Below, one piece after another: positions 10,659 to 19,830 of a stretch of 26,203 bases of DNA. The stretch's first letter is position 1. Each line of letters opens with the position of its first letter. The notes beneath the pieces were generated by a model. It was not told where the DNA came from and did no database searches. It worked only from the letters and a program-made list of their open reading frames with translations. Position numbers and translations under genes: made by a program. Origin of the DNA: Octopus sinensis (Eukaryota); the NCBI RefSeq assembly GCF_006345805.1, contig NW_021835636.1:1-26203 (forward strand), read 5' to 3'.

Positions 10659-13600
10659 ATGAAAGGGTTTCAGTATATCACCTGTCCAGAACTAAGAAAA
10701 GGCCCTTTAATAAAGGTGCAAACTGGTTACATGAAAATATGTCATATTGTATCAAATAAGTGTCTGGCTGTGACCACCACTGAAAACAAAAGCGAGGTCC
10801 ATATCCTATTGATCAATGAAGATAAAGTTGACATTATAGAAAGAATTTCTCTGGGACATCATAATGTCAGCATTGCTGCAACTCCAATTAATTTTGTAGT
10901 CGTAGATGGAAACGAAAATAAAATGGTATTTTATTCCACATGTGGTGAAGAACTTTTTCAAAAATACCTTCCATTCTATGGCTACCCTCGTCACATCTAC
11001 TCTGATAATGTTTATTTCTATGTCCTCTTCAGGAGACACTCTATTCTCAGATGTTACGATCTATATGGACAAATGAAATGGCAGTGGGAACTGCCTTTCC
11101 CTGTTCACCCTCACATTGCTGTTTTCCAAGGAACTCTTTATGTCCCGGACACTCAACTCAACAGGGTTCTTCTTTACAAGTATCAAGACCGGTCGTCTGG
11201 CTGCCGTTTACCCACGAAAAGTCCTTATATCAGAAATCTAAATCTACGACTCAAAGAAAAGGAGAATGATCAAAAACTTGTCATTGGCGAAATATGTAAT
11301 CTGGCCAATGGACAGTTGGTGGTGTCTGACATCAACCATGATTGCTTGTTGTACATTTCTGAGGAAGGAGACATTGTGTCCAGATTATCTCTGCCGTCTA
11401 CAGCCACACATATATGTCGATGGGATTCTAATCATATAGGAGTCATATTACCCCTACAGAAACAATTAAGGGTCATTGGAAACATATCAAAGACAGTGAG
11501 AAGTGTATCATTAAGGCAGCCTTATGTACGGGTGTGTAAGATGGGTGAATGTGAAATTGTTTGTTATTGTGATAAACCATCACATTTAGACATTTTAGCC
11601 ATCAATTATTATAATCAAGTCGAAGTAATTAAGACAATTAATATCCCTGTGTTTGTGAAATCATTATCAATAGACAAGAAAACAGAAAAGCTATTAATTG
11701 TTACTAGGGGAAAAGCTTTTCAGTACAACACTAGAATAGGTGGTGGTAGTCATGGCAGTGCACGTCGTCAGAGTGGTGGAAGTGATGGTAGTATTAGTAG
11801 TAGTGGTGGTAGTATTAGTAGTGGTGATGGTAGTATTAGTAGTAGTGATGGTATGGTTTCCAGTGATTCAGAGTCCGAAACAGAAGCTTTCTTCAAGGAC
11901 ATTAGTGGTGGTGGTCATGGCGGTCGTCAGATGGTCCCCAGTGTTTTAATGTCCCAAGTGAAACGTCCCCTCAGTCTCCAAGGTGGATCTATTGACCAAA
12001 CGTCTGTTTATCTGATAGACAGAAGCCGTATGTTTGCCATAAACGATCAGAATTTGTTGGTTAATGATCTCGTTACTAATAATCAACTTAATTATTATAT
12101 CGACCTGGTGGATGTATTTTCCAGACACATTTCTCTCAGTGAAATGCTGTCTTCCACTTTATATCTACAGGACCTGACAGTTTCTGATAAAGCCAGACAT
12201 ATTCCTCTCCCTAAACATTTGGGAGACAAAGAACCAGCGAGGATTGATTCTTTGGTTCTTACTGAAAATAATCTGATTGCAGGATGTGACGAGGAGAATG
12301 GAAACATTAAGATATTCACATTGGATGGTCACGTATTGGATTCAATCAAAGTGAATGTTTATAATTGTATTAAAATGTGTCGATGGCAGTCAAACACACT
12401 GGTCATTACGAATTGGGATGATGAAGATGATAAACACCAACTGTTGACATTAAAAGTGGAATTTTTATTGTCGTTGGTAATTTACAAAACGAGAAATAAT
12501 TATAAATGTGTGGCTTCTTTATCGAACAATCAACTGGTTTTTAGTGAATCGAGGGATGTAAGACATTTGTATTTTGTTGATATTGATGAAATACATTCGA
12601 GTGTGAAGGAAATAAAAGAAATAGACATACCTGAACCATTAATAGAGAGAAGAGAAGATGGAAATTTTCCTGATATAATCCTGGATATTAAAGTTACTGA
12701 TGAAGATGTCATCATTGTCTTCAACAGGAGATTCATCATTTTCTTTAACAGTGGTGGTCAGTATTTACATTCAGTCAGACACTACATGAAGAATTATTTT
12801 GCTGATGTTTATGACAGGATGACAATTGATGACAGTTTTTTGTACATTCATGGTCAGTGGGAGAAATGTTTAGGTTCAACTGAATATGGAAACATTTTGT
12901 GTTTGACCCAGAATGGGGAATACAAGAGAATATTTTTAAATGAAAGAATTTATAAAGATAAAGTAGATTTCTCCAGTATAGACTGTAAAGGACCAAGGTT
13001 TGTTGGAAGCCCCAGGAGGGGAAGGAATGAATTGTATGTTGAAGGGTTGTTTATGGTGAATCGAGACAGCTTCCCGGTTGCTCGTTTACAAACAGACGAA
13101 TGTCCTGTTCAAGTAAAAGATTTTGATGTCTCTGAGGAAGGAAAGACAGTTGTGTGTGAAAAAGCCAATAATGGAAATGTTAAAATATTCGATGAAGACG
13201 GCCAGTTGCTATGTCACAGAAATGCTGCAAGTTTAGTTGGTGGTGTGTGTTTTACACAAGAATCACACATAATGGCCACGGTTCCTAAAAGGAAAGAAAT
13301 ATTTCTACTGAATGGAGAAGATTTGCAGACATCTCAAGTTTGGTCGAGTCTCATCCCTTATGGTGTAATATGGAGAAAAGTGGCGGGTATTTACTGGTGT
13401 GTACATAATGAATTGATTGAATGTCATTGCATAAAGATTGATGGGGACCAAGTGAACATTCTGGAATCTGTGTCGTCATTAAATCTTGATTCTGGTCTTC
13501 GTTTCCCTTCCATTACATCTGAAACGAACAAGGAAATATTCAGTAATGAATTAATTAATAAATTGGAATACAGAGGAGGAGATGGAGATGGAGGAGGAAG

Positions 13601-14735
13601 AAGAAGAGGTAAATCAGGTGAAATAATTGGTAATGGTAGATTAAAGGTGAGATGTGGTAATTACATAGCGGAGATTAATAATTCAGGAATTGATGAAATA
13701 TCAGTGAGGAGACTTCCATATAGGACAGCAATGGTCCCTTTTTCCATTCCTGCATTCGAAGAACCTGTTGATTATGATTTGAGGGACATTAGGGACCGGA
13801 ACAGTAAACTAATTAAGTTAGATGAGAATGTGAGTGTGTTGATGTTTCGAGAAAGTGTCACATTAATCAGAACAACAACAACAGTGGACATACTTCAACA
13901 TGAACAACAACAACGACCACCACTGGACATTTGTCGGTGGACAGAGGAATGTTTCATTGTCGCCTTTGGGAGAGAAATGAGGGTCTTCGACAGGGATCTC
14001 CGTCGTTTAAAAACCATCATAACTGAGAAATACTACAACAGGATTTATAAATACAACGACAATCAACTCGTGTGTGGTGGTCATTATATTAGAGACATAA
14101 CTCAAGAAGAGAGAGACAAGAAATACCAAAGAAGATGGGAGAACAACAAGGATTTCTGTTATTGCGATGACCCCAACATCTTTGACCCTTATTATGTGGA
14201 TGTGGTTGATTTTGAAGATGGGAAATGTAAAGATGAAGTGCGTCGTGGGAAGATGAGGAGATTTAGAAGGTTGGAGGGAGACGAAGGGGTGGATGATGTG
14301 GGAGTCACATCTTTTGGTGATGTTGTTCTTGTGAGGAGGGAGATGAAGGAGGAGGGGTTTGGATATTGGGAAGTTTTGTGTTTTGTGGAATGGTTCAGGG
14401 AAAAGTCTTTGGTGAGGAGGATAAGAATAGAAGAAACAATATTTTCTCTTCTGGGATATTATATTCCAAGACCTCATCTGACCATAATTGGTGAATGTGT
14501 TTATATAACAGATTTAGAGAACAATATTTACGAAATACCTCGACATATTGAAGAGGAAACATCTGAAGATGATGAAATCCTGGGATTAAAATATAATCCA
14601 AAATATTTACTCCTCAGAGAGGATGATAATGAAGTCTATGAAGTTCTTGGTTTGGATGTTTCAGACAATTCTTTGATGGTTTTTGGAATTATTCCTGGAC
14701 GTCAATCTTTTGCTTTCTTTTATTTTGACAAATAA
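10659..14735 (+). CDS. Large intronless multi-beta-propeller (NHL-repeat-like) protein; 1358-aa intact 3' portion
   Basis: 4077-bp stop-free frame. Recurrent NHL-like blades: HPHIAVFQGTLYVPDTQLNRVLLY, SIAATPINFVVVDGNENKMVFYSTCGEELF, IGEICNLANGQLVVSDINHDCLLYISEEGDIV, IAGCDEENGNIKIFTLDGHVL, VVCEKANNGNVKIFDEDGQLL. The frame is open upstream of the ATG to 10602, so 10659 is probably not the real start. AATAAA (14731-14736) overlaps the stop codon. Confidence 0.85.
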   Translation: MKGFQYITCPELRKGPLIKVQTGYMKICHIVSNKCLAVTTTENKSEVHILLINEDKVDIIERISLGHHNVSIAATPINFVVVDGNENKMVFYSTCGEELFQKYLPFYGYPRHIYSDNVYFYVLFRRHSILRCYDLYGQMKWQWELPFPVHPHIAVFQGTLYVPDTQLNRVLLYKYQDRSSGCRLPTKSPYIRNLNLRLKEKENDQKLVIGEICNLANGQLVVSDINHDCLLYISEEGDIVSRLSLPSTATHICRWDSNHIGVILPLQKQLRVIGNISKTVRSVSLRQPYVRVCKMGECEIVCYCDKPSHLDILAINYYNQVEVIKTINIPVFVKSLSIDKKTEKLLIVTRGKAFQYNTRIGGGSHGSARRQSGGSDGSISSSGGSISSGDGSISSSDGMVSSDSESETEAFFKDISGGGHGGRQMVPSVLMSQVKRPLSLQGGSIDQTSVYLIDRSRMFAINDQNLLVNDLVTNNQLNYYIDLVDVFSRHISLSEMLSSTLYLQDLTVSDKARHIPLPKHLGDKEPARIDSLVLTENNLIAGCDEENGNIKIFTLDGHVLDSIKVNVYNCIKMCRWQSNTLVITNWDDEDDKHQLLTLKVEFLLSLVIYKTRNNYKCVASLSNNQLVFSESRDVRHLYFVDIDEIHSSVKEIKEIDIPEPLIERREDGNFPDIILDIKVTDEDVIIVFNRRFIIFFNSGGQYLHSVRHYMKNYFADVYDRMTIDDSFLYIHGQWEKCLGSTEYGNILCLTQNGEYKRIFLNERIYKDKVDFSSIDCKGPRFVGSPRRGRNELYVEGLFMVNRDSFPVARLQTDECPVQVKDFDVSEEGKTVVCEKANNGNVKIFDEDGQLLCHRNAASLVGGVCFTQESHIMATVPKRKEIFLLNGEDLQTSQVWSSLIPYGVIWRKVAGIYWCVHNELIECHCIKIDGDQVNILESVSSLNLDSGLRFPSITSETNKEIFSNELINKLEYRGGDGDGGGRRRGKSGEIIGNGRLKVRCGNYIAEINNSGIDEISVRRLPYRTAMVPFSIPAFEEPVDYDLRDIRDRNSKLIKLDENVSVLMFRESVTLIRTTTTVDILQHEQQQRPPLDICRWTEECFIVAFGREMRVFDRDLRRLKTIITEKYYNRIYKYNDNQLVCGGHYIRDITQEERDKKYQRRWENNKDFCYCDDPNIFDPYYVDVVDFEDGKCKDEVRRGKMRRFRRLEGDEGVDDVGVTSFGDVVLVRREMKEEGFGYWEVLCFVEWFREKSLVRRIRIEETIFSLLGYYIPRPHLTIIGECVYITDLENNIYEIPRHIEEETSEDDEILGLKYNPKYLLLREDDNEVYEVLGLDVSDNSLMVFGIIPGRQSFAFFYFDK
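11784..11852 (+). repeat. In-frame 21-bp coding minisatellite (DGSISSS x3)
   Basis: gatggtagtattagtagtagt / ggtggtagtattagtagtggt / gatggtagtattagtagtagt / gatggt. Confidence 0.9.
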
Positions 14736-14788
14736 ATATTTCTAGAAATATTAAACTTCAATCTTCTTCTTCTTCTTCTTCTTGTAAA

Positions 14789-14840
14789 TGGCTTCGCCGG
14801 GAATCGAACCTGCATCGCATACATCGCATTCTACACACTT
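14789..14840 (-). ncRNA. tRNA-derived fragment or SINE-head remnant; not an intact tRNA
   Basis: Minus strand reads gtgtgtagaat...gcaggttcgattcccggcgaagcca: a perfect B-box (GGTTCGATTCC), an acceptor-like 3' strand, then an (AAG)n tract at 14762-14783. No 5' acceptor strand or anticodon arm found. Confidence 0.45.
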
Positions 14841-14979
14841 ATTGTTGTAACATTCCTCAACACTCTCTCTTTGTGCGTGTGTGTATATTTATATACAGTA
14901 TATGTACATGTGTTTATATATATATACACACATATTTAGGCATGTATGTATAGAAATAAGGCTATAAGTATGTATGTTG

Positions 14980-15027
<48 letters not shown>

Positions 15028-15102
15028 GCATGCATGTATGTATTGGAATGTCTGGTCCGAAAGCAGAGACTTTCATAATCATTGATTCTCCATTAAAAGC
15101 AG

Positions 15103-15147
15103 ACGACCACCGCCGTCGTCGTGGTCGTGGTCGTCGTCGTCATCATC

Positions 15148-15179
<32 letters not shown>

Positions 15180-15560
15180 CGTCGTCGTCATCATCACCAT
15201 CATCGTCATCATCGTCGTCGTCATCATCATCACCATCATCGTCATCATCATCATCGTCGTCGTCGTCATCATCATCATCATCATCGTCATCATCATCATC
15301 GTCGTCGTCGTCGTCGTCATCATCATCATCATCAGCATCGTCGTCGTCATCATCATCATATCGTCGTCATCATCATCATCGTCGCCATCATCACCATCGT
15401 CATCATCGTCATCATCATCATCGTCGTCGTGGTCGTCGTCTCCGCCGTCGTCGTCGTCATCATCATCATCATCATCATCACCATCATCATCGTCATCATC
15501 ATCATCATCGTCGTCATCATCATCATCATAATCATCGTCATCATCATCATCGTCGTCATC
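15103..15560. repeat. Compound (CAT)n/(CGT)n trinucleotide array
   Basis: About 150 triplets of CAT and CGT with occasional CAC/CGC/GGT. One phase slip near 15360. Confidence 0.95.
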
Positions 15561-15719
15561 AGCGTTGTGTGTGCGTGTGTGCAGTCTGCATCTGACAGTT
15601 TTTAACGTTTAATAAGAATAGATTGTTGTTGTTGTTGTTGTTGTTGAGTGACATTCCACTGCACACACGCACAAACATTGCCTTTCGTCCTCGTAGGGTT
15701 GTTGTTGTTGTTGTGGGGG

Positions 15720-16095
15720 TTCATACAAAGAGAAGGACACTTTAAGAAGCATTCAGTAAAAGCTTTCCCATAGCTGGTCATTTTTCATGCTAGAAATAGA
15801 AACCACTTTACTTTTCATATAAAATTTGAAGGACACTTAAGAAGCATTCATAAATAAAATTGACCTGTATATGGTCTCATTTCATGCTAGAAAGAGCCAC
15901 AAAAACCTTCACATTTTTGTTTCATCACAAATAAAAATCGAAGGACAATTTATAAAGCATCCATGTCAAATATTGTCCTATAGATGGCCTAACAGTATGC
16001 TAGAAATAACAGCCAAATACTCTGAAATTTGTATCGTTTTTCATAAAAAAAGTGAAGGACACTTTAAGAAGCAACTCTAAAAATATTGTCCTGTG
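15720..16095 (+). repeat. Degenerate tandem repeat, 4 units of 96-114 bp
   Basis: gaaggacact(t)taagaagca anchors at 15732, 15828, 15940 and 16054. (c)atgctagaaa is present in the first three units. Confidence 0.85.
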
Positions 16096-17689
16096 GTGGT
16101 TTAAGTGTAAAATATTATAAAAGTATGCATCTATGAGTTTTATGTGTTTAAAAAACATAGCAAAGACGTGTGTATATGTAGGTATATACATGTGTATAAA
16201 GGTATTTTTGCATAAAAAAGGGTATTTTTGAATGAAATTTGGTAGAAATAACTTTCAAACGATGCAGATTACGATTAAAAAGAAATTTGTAGGCAAAATG
16301 TTTTGTAAGGGTTCGAGGGAAAAAGTGTGTGATTTAAGGGAGATTTGGCTGTTGTTTCTAGCACACCACCCTCCTTGTCTTCTTTTTTTTTTCTCATTTT
16401 TTCCCTCAGAAACCCATTTATGTTATAAAAAAACAAAAAGAATATTTTAAAAATCTATGATTATTTTTAGCCCCACCTCCTGGCCCCCGATTCTTTCTCT
16501 TTATATAATTGTAAAATATTGGAGAGACTGAGAAGATTCTTGCTGGGATTTATCCACAGGGATTTAAATAAGAGCCTTGTAAAAGAGGATTTCTTTTGAG
16601 AGCATCCTTTTCTCTTAGAAAATGAAAGCGGAAGTTTCATTAAAAATATCCATTTTCCTGGAAGTTATGAGGAAACAAAGTCGATGGGATGTTCATCTGT
16701 AGTTATGCCAAAGGATATATATATATAACTGTAGAAATGTAGGTGTGTATATATATATTATATGTATGTGTGTTTGTGTATACATTTATTCATGTATATG
16801 TACAAGTTTAAAAAAGAAATATCAAAAGATGTTGGAATATTTGAGATATTGGATAATTTCCGACTCTATTGTATAGGATTGCCGATACATTTATATAGGA
16901 ATATAAATATAGGAATATAAATATACATCATAATTATACCCACAGTAAAGCAGAATATTATACATACATACATATTCATATATAAACTCAGATATATATA
17001 TACACCTACAGATATATATACATATAATTATACATTATTATACGTAGACTTCTTGCACACACATAGAAAAGACGACAGGTAAATCCATTTGTGACCATCC
17101 ATACTTAAGGGTATCTGGTGATATTTCGGGTCTGGTATCATACAAACCGCCCAGTCTGGAGTCTCTCTATAACTTCTGCTGTCTCCCGTTCAATTGTTTC
17201 TATTTGTTTCTTAGCAACGCTAATTTGAATGACAAAAAACGTGGAGAAAAAGGCGGGAAATTTAGACAAAAGTTTGTCTAAATTATTTATTTAAAATCAA
17301 AGAGACATTGTCAGCATTTTTATGAATTAAATAATGTAAAATGACATTAAGGTCTCACAATTAAGTCATTAATTAGGAATTATAATTAATTTGGACGCGA
17401 AAAAGAAAGGAAAACTAACGGATGTGTGTATATGTATGTATTTATGTATGTACATAAGCAGGTAAATATTTATATATGTAAGTGTGTATGAATATTTACA
17501 TACGTCTATAGAGAGAGGGGGGGGGAGAGAGAGGGGGGAGTATTACACATGTATACACATAAGACGAATGATGTCTGGGGGTGTGTATCGGTGTGTCTGT
17601 GTGTGTGTATACAGGCCTGTTTATGTTTCTGCGTGTGTGTGTATTTATGTGTGATGTTGTGTGTGTGTGTATCCGGGAACGTCACTTTC

Positions 17690-17763
17690 TGCCTCTCTCT
17701 CTCTATCTGACTGTCTATCTATCTATCTATCTATCTATCTATATCTATCTATCTATATCTATC

Positions 17764-17808
<45 letters not shown>

Positions 17809-17900
17809 TTGACTCTCTCCCCTATCTATCTAGCCATCTCTCTCTCTATATGTCTATTTTTATGTATATATCATTTATGTATATATATATATATTATATA
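17690..17900. repeat. Compound (CT)/(TCTA)n/(TA)n microsatellite
   Basis: Direct reading. Confidence 0.9.
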
Positions 17901-17907
17901 TTATATC

Positions 17908-18289
17908 CTTTTACTCTTTTACTTGTTTCAGTCATTTGGCTGCGGCCAGCTGGAGCACCGCCTTTAATCGAGCAACTCGATCCCGGGACTTTTTCTTTTG
18001 TAAGCCTAGTACTTATTCTATCGGTCTGTTTTGCCGAACGCTAAGTAACGGGGACGTAAACATCGGTTGTCAAGCAATGCTAGGGGGACAAACACAGACA
18101 CACTCATATATATATATAAATATATACGACGGGCTTCTTTCAGTTTCCATCAAACAAATCCACTCACAGGGCTTTGGTCGGCCCGAGGCAATAGTAGAAG
18201 ACACTTGCCCAAGATGCCACGCAGTGGGACTGTACCCGGAACCATGTGGTTGGTAAACAAGCTACTTACCACACAGCCACTCTGCGCCT
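17908..18289 (-). mobile_element. SINE family A, full length
   Basis: Near-complete reverse complement of 25567-25970. Confidence 0.9.
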
Positions 18290-18296
18290 ACAGCCA

Positions 18297-18297
18297 T

Positions 18298-18330
<33 letters not shown>

Positions 18331-18462
18331 TATATATATATATATATATATAATATATATAATATATATTATATATATATTATATATATATATATATATA
18401 TAATATAATATATATATAGATTTATATATAATATGTATGTATATGTATATATAATATAATAT
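18297..18462. repeat. (CA)n(TA)n microsatellite
   Basis: Direct reading. Confidence 0.95.
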
Positions 18463-18542
18463 TAATTAAGGGGAAAATTGATATTTATCAATTAAAACCA
18501 GTGGTCTAGCATATTAAAAAAGAATCCGAAGGTTAAAATATT

Positions 18543-18757
18543 TATATATACCAATTGAGGACTGAACACGAAAAGTGGACAGTCAACATGCTAGATATAG
18601 ACGTCAAATCGCCATTCTCCAAAAAGATTATGTTCTCAGATTAAACTCACCAAGTTTGATCTGAGAACATAATCTTTTGTGGAGAATGGCGATTTGACGT
18701 CTATATCTAGCATGCTGACTGTCCACTTTTTGTTCAGTCCTCAATTGGTATATATAT
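18543..18757. mobile_element. Near-perfect palindromic (foldback/MITE-like) element
   Basis: Arms of about 105 bp (ccaattgaggactgaac...gttctcagat and atctgagaac...gttcagtcctcaattgg) with 3-4 differences and a 5-nt loop (cacca), flanked by TA runs. Confidence 0.8.
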
Positions 18758-19259
18758 ATATACATATCTGTCTGTATTTAACTCTCTCACTTTGTCTTTA
18801 TCTACAACAATCTCCACTCTGTACCAGTGTCTGGGGTTTGGTTGTTTATGGAAGTGGTATGTTTAACAAGGAGTGTTTCAGCCTCCCATTCTACCACTGA
18901 GTCCTCAAGACACACACACACACACACATACACACATGCAAACAATCCAACACATACACACCCACGTCGTTCAGTGATGGAAAGGGACATCCGTCCTATT
19001 TGTGCAGATGTGTAGGTGAGAGGCAATCCTTTTACTCAATATAGAAAGAGAAATAAGGAAATAGATTTCCTTCTCTACCTCTGCCTTGTCATGGATTTGA
19101 ACGCGAATCCACAGGAAACCAACTCGCAGAATTATAACACGCGTTTTATACATACATTCACCCATATAAACACATGCAGCCACAAGTACACAGTCATATA
19201 CAAAACATGTGTGTACGTCTCTCTGCTTGTGGCCATATTACGTGTATATCTATGAGATA

Positions 19260-19509
19260 TTGAGTTGGTGTATAATTATTGCGGCTATTTTTCAACAAAT
19301 TTTATTCAACAAAAACAATAACAATATTTAACAAAAACATCTTTGAATGACGGTCTGACCGTCTGCCAAGCAAATGGGAAGCAGTAATTGAAGGAGATGG
19401 TGAATATGCTCCGGAATAATCATTTAAAGATGTTTTTATTGCATGTTGTTATTGTTTTTGTTGAATGAAATTTGTTGAAAAAAGCCGCAATAATTATGCA
19501 CCAAGCCAA
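19260..19509 (+). mobile_element. Mariner-derived MITE
   Basis: TA target sites at 19258-19259 and 19510-19511. About 90-bp TIRs starting ttgagttggtgtataattattgcgg (mariner-type TIR). The interior encodes LPSKWEAVIEGDGEYAPE*, matching the mariner transposase C-terminus (LP.RW..V....G.Y). Confidence 0.85.
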
Positions 19510-19671
19510 TATGTATATAACAAGGTAGAATGAACAGAACATTTTCGGCCTCTATTCTAGGACTCAACCAAGTAGAAACACACACTGATCGATCGATAGG
19601 TAGACAGATAGAGAGAAAGAGAGGGAGAGAGGGAGAGATGGATAGACAGACAGAAGACAGATACATAGATA

Positions 19672-19830
19672 GACGCAGGAGTGGCTGTGTGGTACGTAGC
19701 GTGCTTACGAACCACATGCCTCCGGGTTCAGTCCTGCTGCGTGGCACATCTGTAGCCTTGGGCCGACCAAAGCCTTGTGAGTGGATTTGGTAGACGGAAA
19801 CAGAAAGAAGCCCGTCGTATATATATATAT
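19672..19830 (+). mobile_element. SINE family A, 5' half
   Basis: gcaggagtggctgtgtggta...ccgggttcagtcc...aaagccttgtgagtggatttggtagacggaaac. Confidence 0.85.

Noticed and set aside
10806-14601. Short antisense and alternate-frame ORFs inside the large CDS
   Set aside because: Shadow ORFs expected from a long coding region and its triplet repeats.
14946-15605. 219-aa poly-His/Arg ORF and overlapping poly-Met/Thr/Ile/Ser ORFs
   Set aside because: All are read-throughs of the CAT/CGT microsatellite, which lacks stops in several frames; no complex sequence supports coding.
15720-16095. CRISPR-like reading of the repeat/spacer pattern
   Set aside because: Eukaryotic context, degenerate repeats, mutually homologous spacers of 75-95 bp and no cas genes.
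16516-16730. Kinase-like LGFIHRDLN motif
   Set aside because: In-frame TGA shortly after, and no following N, DFG or other kinase motifs; likely chance.
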